DNA of 64,000 nt from Octopus sinensis (GCF_006345805.1 NC_042997.1:201934001-201998000); one strand, 5' to 3'. Positions 35,861 to 48,712 are shown, numbered from the stretch's first letter. Notes: generated from the letters alone by a model not told the origin. Numbers and translations are program-made.

Positions 35861-36290
35861 ATATATTCATGTGTGTATATATGTATATATATTGTGTTTG
35901 TTGTAGTTTAATTTTAAAGTTATCGTTTAATCCTGCCTATATTTAGATTGAATGAATGTGGATATTAAGCTTTCACTTTTATATTATACCATGGAAGACG
36001 GTAAGGAGTATTTTTGCATGACTTAAAGGTTTGGTCGTGGTTTAGTTACCTATTTAGGAGTTTGGTTATTGATTTACTTATTGAGTAAATTTGTTTGGAA
36101 GTTGTAGATTCTTTGGTATATTTGCTCCCAAACAACACTTATATTAGTGCTGTTGACACCACTGGATTGAATGTTACTGTCCAGGTGTCAAAACCATAAT
36201 GATATCTGTGGGGCAGCTGATGATGGAGGTATGTTGGAGTTTTGGTATGACTGTTTTTGTATATGTGTAATAGTGTTAACACATCCTTTT

Positions 36291-36351
<61 letters not shown>

Positions 36352-36367
36352 TTAAATATAATATGTG

Positions 36368-36609
36368 ACAATTATTCGGTAGCCATGATAAAACTCCAAG
36401 TTTCGGATGTCGGGGCGGAAACCCACACTGCCTTCTCTTCAGTTATCGGGCGATCAAAAAAAATTTTATTAAAATTAGTCATTTTCAGAGTCAGTCAGAG
36501 TCATGTTCATAACATTTTTTCGATGGCTCAATAACTGAAGAGATGGCGGCATGGGTTTCCGCTCCGACATCTGAAACTCTGTGTTTTATCATGGCTACCG
36601 AATAATTGT
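36368..36609. repeat. Foldback element (~90-bp arms) between (TA)n tracts; each arm carries a hammerhead-like core
   Basis: Outer 27 bp are perfectly inverted (acaattattcggtagccatgataaaac); plus arm reads ataa CTGAAGA gatg..catc t GAAA C..GTT ttat. Confidence 0.85.
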
Positions 36610-36623
36610 GAAATAATTTCTAT

Positions 36624-36659
<36 letters not shown>

Positions 36660-36870
36660 GTAAATGTAATGACAAGCAAATTAAGCAAGTCAATTTACAC
36701 ACAATATTAAATACATTTAATAGAAAAATGTGTATGGATATAAAATAGTCTGGCTTACAGAATATAAATATCAGGAGTTAAATGGGTAGAGTTTTAGGGG
36801 TCCAACAGCTTTTTCTGGGGGCAGGTTTGTGTCAGTCGACTTGCTTAAATTGGTTATCATCACATTTACT
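36660..36870. repeat. 34-bp imperfect inverted repeat with ~140-nt spacer
   Basis: gtaaatgtaatgacaagcaaattaagcaagtcaa vs tcgacttgcttaaattggttatcatcacatttac. Confidence 0.7.
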
Positions 36871-37073
36871 CATCTACAGGCTCAAGTTCAAATCTCTTGA
36901 CCACTTCGAAGTGCATTTTGTACAGAGAACGCCTGTCACTAACCTATAAACTACACACACACACACACACACACACACTTCATTTTTGTATTCGGTTTGT
37001 AAAATTCCTTATGTGAATTTGTGTGTTAAAACAAATCTGTGACCCAGAGTAGACCTTGAAGATAGAAAGGGCA

Positions 37074-37116
37074 AGTCATTGAAAAGGTTGTAAATAGCAA
37101 TGAAAGGACTTTGACT
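37074..37116 (+). ncRNA. Minimal hammerhead-like motif with U3-A8 covariant core
   Basis: agtca TTGAAAA g GTTGT aaata GCAAT GAAA G ga C TT tgact: 5-bp stem I, 5-bp stem II with wobbles. Confidence 0.5.
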
Positions 37117-37261
37117 AACAAACAAGCAATTAATTTTTGACCCAGCACACTAAACAAACTTCTAGTTAATTAGTTGGTTGGATATTTACTCAATCGACAA
37201 ACAATTAAGAAGTGATACTGAATCTGTGTGTATTATAATCTTCGCAAGTCAAACAATCCAC

Positions 37262-37266
37262 ACTCA

Positions 37267-37338
<72 letters not shown>

Positions 37339-37365
37339 ACACCACACACACACACACACACATGT
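37262..37365. repeat. (CA)n microsatellite
   Basis: Directly visible. Confidence 0.95.
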
Positions 37366-38299
37366 ACATGAGTGTGTGTGTTTCTATGTATGTGTTCGTA
37401 TTTGCTACCTCCCATAATTTGACAGTCATGTTGGTTTGTTTACATCCCTGTAACTTCACAGTTTGGCAAATGAGACTGAATATAGAAGTCAAAAAATAAA
37501 TACTGCAGTCAATTTGTTTGACTAAGCCCTTTAGCATGGTTATACTCCAATTACTGGAACAAAATATGTGTATAAATACATATTGTTTTGTGTACAAAAT
37601 TGGGGAAAATGATTAGGTTTTATAACCTGATATAAAATACAAGAGTGGCTTATAACAAATATTTTTTGTATATTTCTTGTATTAGACATATATTGCTACT
37701 AGGAATAATGGTTTAATAAAATCATCATACTGTCTTGAAATAATTCTGGTTATGTTGTCATTTTTTTTTTCCATCATATCAATTACAAACATAATTCTTT
37801 ATTCCATTAAACTCAGGAGTGAAGGTTTGACAGAACTGTTAGAGCATTGGATGAAATATCTTGCAGTATTTCTTGTGACTCAATACATTCTGAATTCAAA
37901 TACTGCAAAGGTCAACTTTACTTTTTCATCCCTCCAGGGTCATGAAGTACCAGTATAATACTGGGACTGATTTAATCGATTTGCCCCCTCCTTTCAAAAT
38001 TGCTACCTTTGAGTCTGTCAGAAACTGCATTCCTCCACCACCACTGCATTTCCCTCTATTCATCTGTCACTTCTCATACCCCCCCCCCAAACGTCTTTGC
38101 ATACCCAAAACTTTTGTTTTCTTGTAACTTAAGAGCATGTCCTGACACGTCCTCACTATTATCCTCTTCCTCTGCCAACTGTGGTAATCATGTATTCCCC
38201 CTACAGTAAGGCGCCTTTTTCTGTCCTTTTATTATACTTTAGCCTCTCATCATCTGGCATAAAACCATCTCCCTCAACACTACACACCCACTCTGTTGA

Positions 38300-38843
38300 A
38301 GAGTCTTGTCTTATTAGTCACTTGGTGACCTCACTAATGCTGGTGCCATGTCAAAATCCTTCTAAGGGCATGCGTCCTTAGAAGCCAGGCCAGAGCAGAC
38401 ACTCGAGTTTGATGCAGTTGTTGGACTTGCCAGCTCCTGTCAAACTGTCCAACCCATGCCAACATGAAAAACAGATGTTAAATGGTGATGATGATGATGA
38501 TCTTACTTTTTTGAGCAGAGCATTTTTGAAATCCTGTGACTTGTGCATTTGTAATCTAAATTATCATCATCGTTTAACGTCCGCTTTCTATGCTGGCATG
38601 GGTTGGACGGTTCGACCGGGGTCTGGGAAGCCAGGAGGCTGCACCAGGCTCCAAACTGATTTGGCAGTGTTTCTACAGCTGGATGCCCTTCCTAATGCCA
38701 ACCACTCCAAGAGTGTAGTGGGTGCTTTTTAAATGTTATCAACACGGGTGCCAGTCAGATGGTACTGGCATCAACCACACTCGAATGGTGCTTTTTACAT
38801 GCCACTGGCACAGGAACCAGTCAGGTAGTACTGGCATCAGCCA
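38300..38843. mobile_element. Two RTE 3' ends tail-to-tail (plus 38300-38480; minus subfamily B 38563-38843)
   Basis: Consensus matches. Confidence 0.8.
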
Positions 38844-39663
38844 GCGGTACTTAAATGTAAAGTAATATAAAACTGTTTTGAATGTAGTGTCAAGAAAAAA
38901 GAAATTACAATTCAATTGAATAAATACAGGTTATAGCTCTCCATTTTAGCAAAATGCTACCAGCAGATTTAAGCTATTCGTTACGAAGCCAGTCTTCACC
39001 TCTGTAACTTTCTGTTCAAAAACCTATAAAAATATATTTCTTGCTCACAAACTGATTTGCTATTGGCAGAAATTAACCTTGTAATCTCTCTCCTGCTTCA
39101 GAAACTCCATACTAATCTGATTTTCATTTTGGCAGAATCCTTAAGGTCAAATCTTTTGCCTTTTTTTTTAACTATGGGAATTTGGCAAACTTTTCAGTAA
39201 TTTGGTTCTGTTATTGCTCAGAATAAATAAACTTTAGTTGTGCTGTGAAAAGTCTTTTGATTTCAGAAGTGGAAATTTATGTAGCAAATACATAAAGCTT
39301 GTTGTTGTATAGCCCCTGGTCAGATCCGATTGAGCAGACTTATGTATGATCTTAGGCATTCTAGATGTGGTCGTCCTAGCTTTTACCTATCTGCAAGGAA
39401 ACCAACACCGCATTATCCTACATGTATCTTTCCTAAAGATGGTAGAATGTTAGTTTAGGAAGATTTAGCTGCTATTTCTTGTAGGTTGAGCAATGCTATT
39501 ACATATTTTTCTAACCTGTTAACACAGCTCTTAGATTCCAACTAACTGTTGATTATATTTTGATTGTATACTGTATTTTCCAATCTTATTTCATCCCATA
39601 TATCTCACTAATCAAATCCAATTGTAATGCAACTACATGTTCTCTCTCTCTCTCTCTCTCCCC

Positions 39664-39696
<33 letters not shown>

Positions 39697-40356
39697 ATCA
39701 ACCATTTCTTTTATATACAATTCTAAGCGCTAACATTTCTATAATTTATTTCAAATAATGTTGCATTTAACCAATTTATTTAAGATATGACTTGAAGCTA
39801 TGTTAACTTAAATGATGACTTATAATCAACAGACCCACATTTCTTCTTACAATTCAATCTGTTGCATTTTCTGAAATATTTGACAAAAGTACTTCTAAGG
39901 TTCATTCATTCATCTGCCATGATACTGTCCCTACAATCCAAAACATTTTCATAAGATTGTCCTCAACAGCCATGCTTGTTTTCACACCTTTAATTAACAC
40001 TTGCTTCATGCACTCTAAGTAATATAAAGCTTTCCTTTCATAAGCTCAAAGTTACTCTGGTAGTTGGAAAATGTTGGGAACGTGTATCATATACGATAAA
40101 TGGACCTCGGGGGAAATCTGTCCCCTGTATCCCATGATACACAAGATAGGCAAAGGGGTAATTAGTCAACTGGTCCCTTCCCCAAACCACTTCTTATTGA
40201 CACCTGTTCTTTATTCTTACTATCATCACCACTACATGTATTCTACAGCATTCACTCCCATCTTGGGTCTAACCATCTCTCGTTCTTCCCCGACTCTTGC
40301 AAACTTTAACCCTTGCCGCTCATCCCCTTTCACTCAATCCCTCTTCTATCTTTTAT

Positions 40357-40745
40357 CTTTTGCTTGTTTTAATCATTGGACTTTGGCCATGCTGGGGCAC
40401 TGCCTTGAGGAATTGTTAGTCAAATGAATTGACACCAGTATTATTTTTTAAGCCTGGTACCTATTTTATTGGTCTTTTTTACTGAATTGCTAAGTTACAG
40501 GGATGTAAACACACCAACACCGGTTGTCAAGTGGTGATGGAGGGAAAAACAGCCACAAAGACACACATATATATAGATGTACATATGATGGGCTTCTTTC
40601 AGTTTCCATCTACCAAATCCACTCACAAGGCTTTGGTGAGCCCGAGGTTATAGTAGAAGACGCTTGCCAAAGGTATCACACTGTGGAACTGAATCTGAAA
40701 CCATGTGGTTGGGAAGCAAGCTTCTTACCACACAGCCACGCTTAC
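40357..40745 (-). mobile_element. SINE family 1
   Basis: Consensus match. Confidence 0.85.
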
Positions 40746-41189
40746 ACTTATATGAGACAGAAAGTATTTGTCAATCATGTTCATCTCTCATTCTATTTCT
40801 TCCCCGCTTCTCTCTTTACTTGTGAGTGTGTGCATTTGCCTCTTGCATCCAAAAGTACCGTCACCCAAACTGGCTGAACATCCAGTCAGCTGTGTCATAT
40901 TGTTGCACTGAATTGTCTCTTTCTGTCTAGGGGTGTAGCAATGACCCTTCTAACTCATGCCAACATGGAAAGTGAGCATAAAACTATGATGATGATCATG
41001 CCGTAATACATTAGTGGGGAAAATGTAAATAAATTTATCTTATTAAAAAAAAAAAAAGAGCATTATTAAACTTACTCTTGAAACTTAATTTGTTGCTCAT
41101 AAAATTTTTGGTATGGAATGTTATATATATATATATATATATATATAAACATAAACATATATAATATAAATAATGTGTGTGTGTGCGTA

Positions 41190-41472
41190 TATATATATGC
41201 ATATATGGACGTCACCAACAGTAAACAACATGAAATACAAAAACAAATGTGTTAAATACACAAATAAGAGAAAAAATGGAAAGCAGGACAAGTAACACAA
41301 AGAACGACCTTTCATCAGTTGTCAGCTGTCTATCTACTCCTCAGTTCAAGTATTCAGCGATAATATGAGTTTTCCATTTTTTTTCTCTCGTTTGTGTATT
41401 TAACTCATTTGTTTTCGTATTTCATGTTGTTTACTGTTGGTGACATCCTGTACCCATATATGCATATATATA
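41190..41472. repeat. Foldback element (~95-bp arms, ~88-nt spacer) between (TA)n tracts
   Basis: gtcaccaacagtaaacaacatgaaatac / gtatttcatgttgtttactgttggtgac perfectly inverted. Confidence 0.88.
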
Positions 41473-41529
41473 TATATACATATATCGTTAAACGATGATG
41501 ATGATGATGATGATGATATATATATATAC

Positions 41530-41575
<46 letters not shown>

Positions 41576-41609
41576 TTTATATTATTATTTAATTGAAAAC
41601 ATATTCATA

Positions 41610-42497
41610 TGTTGGGTCATCCCATAAATAATGCGTTTTTTTCAATTCCATGAATTGGGGATGAGATAAACTACCTGCATCAACTTGCTATAAAAGCAGG
41701 TAGTAATTATACCTTGTACTTATTCTTAGTGCAAGTTTTGAAGAGTGCAGTTCAATTTTAACAGTTATATTTTCAAAGCTATAATGGAAGTTGCTTTATG
41801 AGTTCAATAAAGGCAACAGTGCAACAGAAAGGGCGAAGAATATTAATGCAGTACATGCGGATCAGACAATAAGTGTTAGCCAGTGTCAATGGTGGGTCCA
41901 GAAATTCCAAATCAGAAACTACAGCCTAGAAGATGAGTCTCATCCTGGAACATCTGTAGAGCTCAACAAGGACGTCCTGCAAACTCTGGTGGGACAAAAT
42001 CCCATCATAACTGTTAAGAAACTAGCAGAGAAGCTTGGATTTGGTCATTCAACCATTTGTCAACACCTGCACTAAAAGGAAAACGACCATCTTTGGTTTC
42101 AAAACAAAAGGTGTTCTGTCATCAGGATAATGCTCAGCTCCATACAGGGAGGATGACATTCCAAAGGCTGGAGCAGTTTCAATGGGAAATGATGCCCCAC
42201 CCATCATATTCACCAGATATTTCCTCATCTGATTATCATTTATTCCACAGTCTTCAAAATCGTTTGAATGAGGAAAAAATCTGAATTCTGTAGGCAATGT
42301 CAGAACAGTACAGGAAGAGTATTTTTGATCACAGACAAGTGAATTTTTGAAGTGGGGCTTTGCAGGTGTACCAGATAGATGGAAGAGCATTTTAGAAAAT
42401 GAAGGAGAGTATATGTTAGATTAAAAAAGAACTTTGTTTATCTTAATTTTGAAAAATAAAAGTAATAAAAAAGCATTATTTATGGGATGACCCAGTA
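41610..42497 (+). mobile_element. Internally deleted mariner element (~890 bp) with both TIRs
   Basis: TIR tgggtcatcccataaataatgc at both ends; HTH fragment (EFNKGNSAT...SLEDE..PG) and DNA-x-H / HPSYSPDISSSDYHLF motifs. Confidence 0.92.
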
Positions 42498-42631
42498 TAT
42501 GTATGTATATGTATCTATATCTATCTATCTATCTATCTATATCTATATATATATATATAGAAATTCGGGGTGAGTACTTGATAATTATAAGCACCTGTGT
42601 ATACCGTTTGGTGGTGTAGGTGGTGGAGTAA

Positions 42632-42955
42632 ATTGATCAAAATAAAAACATGATGCGAAGGATTCAGCGGTACATATGTTTCGGGCCTTTATTAGACAGA
42701 TTTATAACAATGCATAATGTATGTCTGTGGCCTTCTTCAGCCGCGCACAACAGCTTCCACAAGGACATGTGTTACATCAAAAATTCTTTTGCATCCCCAA
42801 CCAAGAATTTTTGATGTAACACATGTCCTTGTGGAAGCTGTTGTGCGCGGCTGAAGAAGGCCACAGACATACATTATGCATTGTTATAAATCTGTCTAAT
42901 AAAGGCCCGAAACATATGTACCGCTGAATCCTTCGCATCATGTTTTTATTTTGAT

Positions 42956-42959
<4 letters not shown>
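42632..42959. repeat. Perfect palindrome, 157-bp arms, 14-nt spacer
   Basis: 42632-42788 is the exact reverse complement of 42803-42959; no mismatch found on manual check. Confidence 0.95.
42847..42924 (+). ncRNA. Apparently intact type I hammerhead motif (identical mirror at 42667-42744 on minus)
   Basis: GCGG CTGAAGA a GGCC..GGCC c GAAA C ATAT G TA|CCGC; predicted cleavage after 42920 (GUA). Confidence 0.72.
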
Positions 42960-42998
<39 letters not shown>

Positions 42999-43498
42999 CA
43001 AAACATATATGTAAGTATATATGTGAATATACATAAATATATGTGTATGTAGATATGTGTATATGTGTGCATGTATGTTTTGTGAGTAATGTCTGTTAAT
43101 TACTTTGTTGTTTTTTGTTAATGAATGTTTTATTCTACATATTTCATTCATCTTCTTACAGCAACCATTAATTATTTTACAAAATCATCATAATGTATTG
43201 AAATAAATCTGGTTAGCCAGAAAATTATGATTTTCTGTCATGTTAATTATAATCACCATATGTGATATTGCATTAAACTTAGAAAACATTTTCTTATTTT
43301 TTTGGTTGCATAGATTCTATGTAATTGGGAGACTTATTAATGTGTCTTATCTGATTATAAAGTTTCTGAAACTGTTATATATGTATGTAATATATAATTG
43401 ATTCTTATTTTATCACTGCAGTCTTAAGTATCTCAACAAGAAAATAAACTCATGGTTTAGTTTAATATAAGCGAGTTATAAATGAAGTTTTTCATAAA

Positions 43499-44349
43499 TA
43501 CATGGTCTGATCAATAAATATCTGGACTGTTGCCATACTAACAAAGTTACAACATGCAGAGTGAAGCCACTTATTTACAGATTGACCTTGAACTCTGCTG
43601 TGCATGTGCACTAGGTTTTAATGTTCTAACTCTCTTCCGTTGATTACAGCAGTGCTTGGAAGGAGTGTGTGTAGCTTGTGGTCATTGCATTGACCATCAA
43701 TCTGCATCAAATTTTACCAAAAGCTTGGTGATATCTGCTCAGAGGCCTATGCAAAGTTGCAGAAAGTGTATGGAGAGGAGTGTATGAGCCAAAACAATGT
43801 TGATTGTGACAAACGTTCTGGGAGACCTGCAACCAACAGAACTGAGGAAAACATTGCAGATGTGCATGTAGCTGTGAGGGGAAATCGTCAGTTCACCATC
43901 CATGAGTTATCAGATAATGTGCAGATTAGTTACAGTTCAGTTCAGTCCATTATCACTGAAGATTTGGGTATGAGACACGTGTCTGCCAAGTTTGTGCCAA
44001 AACTGCGCTCGGCTGACAATGCACCTGCCTATTCAGCATAGCTTGTGCAGCAGTTTCTGGCTAGGCACAACATTCCCCTGGTCTGACTATCATCATATTC
44101 CCTAGATCTCACTCTTTGCGACTTTTTCTTCTTTCCAAAAATCAAATCCTGCTTGAAAGGAAGATTTCAGGATATCAAGGAAATTAAAGTGAATGAGTTC
44201 TGTGAATGCTTCCATCAATGGAAACAGCACTGGATTAAGTGTGTGGCTTCCAAAGGGGGCTGCTTTGAAGGTGATTAAATGCCAAATTGGTACATGCTGT
44301 AGTTTTGTTTTTATAGCACCAGTCCAGATACTTATTGATCAGACCTATA
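43499..44349 (+). mobile_element. Internally deleted mariner element (second family, ~850 bp) with both TIRs
   Basis: TIR ggtctgatcaataa(a/g)tatctggactg at both ends; RSGRP.T.RTEENIADV, VSAKFVPK, YSLDLTLCDFFFFPKIK motifs. Confidence 0.9.
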
Positions 44350-44839
44350 TAGATATCTAACTTTCTCTCTCTCTCTACATACTTATAAATACCGTTACCA
44401 TCATCATTGTTTTTACATCCACTTTTCCATGATCACATGATTTGGACAGATGTTGAGGAGGGTTTTCTATCACTGAATGCCCTTCCTGTCACCAACCCTC
44501 ATCAGTTTGCTTGCAAGCTAATATCTCCCCATGGCCAGATATTTTCACAGAATATTGGCAATGAAGGAAGACATAGTTTGAATGACAGTGATGCTCATAT
44601 AGCTTTGAACCTGAGAGATACAAACACACACACACACACACATATGCACACACAAAGTTTCGCACAGTTTGTCTCAGATTCATTCATAAGGCTTTGCTTG
44701 ACCTGAGGTTATAGTACAAGAGGCATGTCCAGAGTGTTGTACAGTGGCACTGAACTTGAGATGATGTTTTGAAGCAGATTTATTAACCACTCACACATAC
44801 TTGTGTCCCTCTGCCCCATATACATACATACACATATAT

Positions 44840-45241
44840 ATAGGTGCAGATGTGGCTCTGTTGTAAGAAGCTTGCTTCCCAGCTACCTAGATTTGGGTTC
44901 AGTCCCAGTGTGTGGTACGTTGGACTATTACCTTCTTTTACAGCCTCAGGCCAACCAAAGCCATGTGAGTAGATTTGGTAGATGGAAACTGAAAGAAGCC
45001 TGTCATATATATATGTGTGTGTGAGTCTGTCTGTCTGTCTTTGTCCCCTACCACCACTTGGCAATCAGTGTTAGTGTGTTTACGTCCCCATAACTTAGTG
45101 GTTTGGCAAAAGAGAGAAAGAAACTGCTAAAATAGTGCCTGGCTAAAAAAAGTCCTGGAGTTGATTCATTCAATTAAAGACTTTTCAATGTGGTACCCCA
45201 GCATGGCCACAGTCTAAGACTGAAACAAGTAGAAGATAATA

Positions 45242-45283
<42 letters not shown>

Positions 45284-45641
45284 TATACTCTTTTGTTTTT
45301 ACTCTTTTACTTGTTTGTCATTTGACTGCAGCCATGCTGGAGCACCACCTTTAGTTGAGCAGATCGACCCCAGGACTTATTCTTTGTAAGCCTAGTACTT
45401 ATTCTATTGGTTGTCAAGCGATGTTGGGGGGACAAACACAGACACACAAACACACACACATATATACATACATATACATGTACGACAGGCTTCTTTCAGT
45501 TTCCGTCGACCAAATCCACTCGCAAGGCTTTGGTCGGCCCGAGGCTATAGTAGAAGACACTTGCCCAAGGTGCCATGCAGTGGGATTGAACCTGGAACCA
45601 TGTGGTTGGTAAGCAAGCTACTCACCACACAGCCACTCCAT
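44840..45641. mobile_element. Two SINE family 1 copies tail-to-tail (plus 44840-45238; minus 45302-45641)
   Basis: Consensus matches. Confidence 0.85.
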
Positions 45642-46463
45642 ATGTGTGTGTGTGTGTGTGTGTGTATGTATTTATAGGGGAATGAAAGAAATTGGATTAT
45701 TCCAGGCCTTTGTAAAACTAATAGAACACATTACATAAGATCGTACAATCTTATTGTCTGATACATTTGTCTGTATTTAACAACCTGTATTGATTAAAAT
45801 AGTTTTGAGTTTTAGTAACGTCTTATTAAATAGTCCTCAGTCCTCCTGGAAACTTTGGCTAATTTATTCCGCTGCTGTTGAAGAGCTTTTACCTGATTGC
45901 TAATTAAATATCAGATGTTAAGCAAATTAACTGCATCATTTCAGAGACATACTTGGCTAGCTACCAGCAAAATTTCTACTTGAATACAATATGATCAAAG
46001 AACATAAGGCTTGGAGGTTGTTCCAAATTTATGTACCATTCCAGTTATGCTATGCTCATGATTCTCTACTTTTCGAAGAGATTCACTTTGATATTGGTAA
46101 TGAAGACTGTTTAAAATTTCTCATAAAAATCTTGTTATTCAAGAGTCTTTCAGATCTACTTCTATATCATCTTTGATATTCTGACAAAGTTTTAATTCTT
46201 TTATTCTAACAATCCCTGCCCGTCTTTTCATAACATCCATTTACCATTCTTAAAAATGATGTAACAAAACATTCTCGTAAGTCAGTAAAATATCAATTAT
46301 TTAAATTTGATATGATTAATTAGCATTATGTCATGTATATTAAATTTGTTCTTTTTTTGCATGTACCAAATTATTTTGTTATTCAAATTCTTTATTGTAT
46401 ATCAGTCATATCTATGTAAATAAATCTATCTTTATGTGAGTGACTATGGGAGTGATATCTTTT

Positions 46464-46825
46464 ATCTTTTACTTGTTTCAGTCATTAGACTGTGGCCATG
46501 CTGGGGCACTTTCCTGAAGTTTTAGTCAAATTGATTGACCCCAGTACACATTTTAATCTATTGGCCCCTTTTGCAAATTCACAGGGATGTAAACACACCA
46601 ACACCAGTTGTCAAGCAAGGATGGAGAACAAAAACACATACACATAGATCTATATATAATGGGCTTCTTTCAGTTTCCATCTATCAAATCCATTCACAAG
46701 GCTTTGGTCACCCTGTGGCTATAGTAGAAGACTATAGTAGAAGCCCAAGGTGTCATGCAGTGGGACTGAACCCAGAACTATGTGGTTGGGAAGCAAGCAC
46801 CTTGGCGCTCTGCCATACCTGCACC
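46464..46825 (-). mobile_element. SINE family 1, decayed
   Basis: Consensus match. Confidence 0.8.
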
Positions 46826-47811
46826 CTTATGTAAAGAAAATATTTCAGAATTTTAAATCAAGCCTTCTACAATTGAGATAGCCAGTAAGTTGTTGTTTAA
46901 CTTGTAAGAAACAGCAGCAAAATCTCCCTCAATTGCCACCCTTACAATATTGTGAATGCTTTAGAGGTATGGTAATTTCTTGTAGTCTAAGGCATCTTTA
47001 ACTTCTTGGTTTCAATCAAATATTACCTATATATGTGGTAAATAACAAACCAATGAGAGACTTTTTATGTGATTACTCAACATGATAGAAATAAGAACTA
47101 AATCTGCCTTAAAAGATACTGTATTATCATAAAATAGAAAAGATGTATCGGATAATAATAATAATAATAATAAATATATATATATACACACACACACACT
47201 TTATATACAATACATAATATTGTACTTGGAGGAAGGGGAAAAATGGTCAATCTTGGAAGCCTTCTGTCATAGACTTACTTGTTCAGGACTGACAGAAGCT
47301 TAGGAAACATACATTCTACATTCATTTGGCATAAATTCTTCTTTTGTTACATTCCTATACTGTCGTTAGTGAGTGGGGTGGCCTAGTGGTTAAGGTCAGT
47401 GGCTTAGAATTACAAGGTCTCTGGGTTCAATTTCTAGACTAGACAGTGTGTTATTTATTTTAGCAAAGTATTTCATTTTGTGTCGCTCCAGTTTACTTAG
47501 CTGTGAATTAGTACCAGCCAGGGTACTGGTGTTGCTCTCTCTCTCTCTCTCCAGCTGTCATATCCTGGATGTTCTGCTAGACCAAGAGTGCATCTATGTA
47601 TGCTCAGGACTACATAAATACCGAGAACTATTACTGGATGCATATTTATTGATGTTAAGCCATACTTACTTGCAAGTGACTGTCTGGTGTACTGTACTTT
47701 ATTCCATAGTTTCCAAACGAGTTTAGGTTCTTACCAAACTCAGAGTTTCTCAGACAAAGTACAGAGCTGTTTGAGCAAGAGGGTATACTGTAACTATTAT
47801 GAAACTGTTTT

Positions 47812-47845
<34 letters not shown>

Positions 47846-47894
47846 ATATATATTGTGTTTGTGTGTACCCATATATGCACAGACATAAATAACA

Positions 47895-48709
47895 CTGACA
47901 TCTCATTTTAACATATATTTAACAAAACTACATAAAAATATTACAAAAAACTAAAAAGTAAATTTATTCAATAAAATTGCTATTGGCTTCAGCCATGGCC
48001 CTCAGATGACTTTGGAATCTCCTGCAACTCTTCTGTACGGTCTCCTTGTTTATGTTGGTGAATGTTGCCATAATCCTTGCCTTCAGTTCATCTTTGGTGT
48101 TACAAGAAGTTTTGTTGGTCTCTCACTCAACTTCACCCCACACATAATAATCAAGGGGGGTTGCAGTCTGGGGAGTTATGTGGTCAGATGTTAGGAGTGA
48201 TCTGGTCGCAGAAATTGTCTGACAGCCAAGACTGGGTTCTCCTGCTTGTGTGGCATGGTGCAGAGTCCTGTTGCCAGACATAGGGTCTTCCAGCAGCCAG
48301 CCTCTTGACCCAGGGCAGCACTACCTCCTCCAAGCACTTGAGGTATGCCTCCATGTTGAATCTGAAGCTGTGTGGGAAGATGGAGTCATAATGTTGCCAT
48401 TACTAGCAATCACTCCAAAAACCATGATGTTGACTGGATGTTTGATTTTTATCACTCTCGGTACATGTCCTCAGATTGACACCCAAACACTCTAAAATGT
48501 TCATACTGGAGCTTCCAGTATGAATGCCATGCAGTACAACATGCTGTTTCCAAATTTCTGGCAGAGTGAATTGTGTCATGGTGCTCTTTTTCTCACAGAC
48601 AGTGCCCAACTGACCCTACTATACTGTGTAGTCAACAAAATCAAAAGCAAACAATGTGCATGCACAAAATTAAAGATATATAAAATGGGAACAATTTACC
48701 CATCGCACC

Positions 48710-48712
<3 letters not shown>
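47895..48712 (-). mobile_element. Internally deleted Tc1/mariner element, probably maT (DD37D)-like
   Basis: Minus strand reads YLKCLEEVVLPWVKRLAAGRPYVWQQDSAPCHTS...NSPDCNPLDYYVWGEVE; terminus gagggtgcgatgggtaaattgttcccatttt at 48683-48712. Confidence 0.85.
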
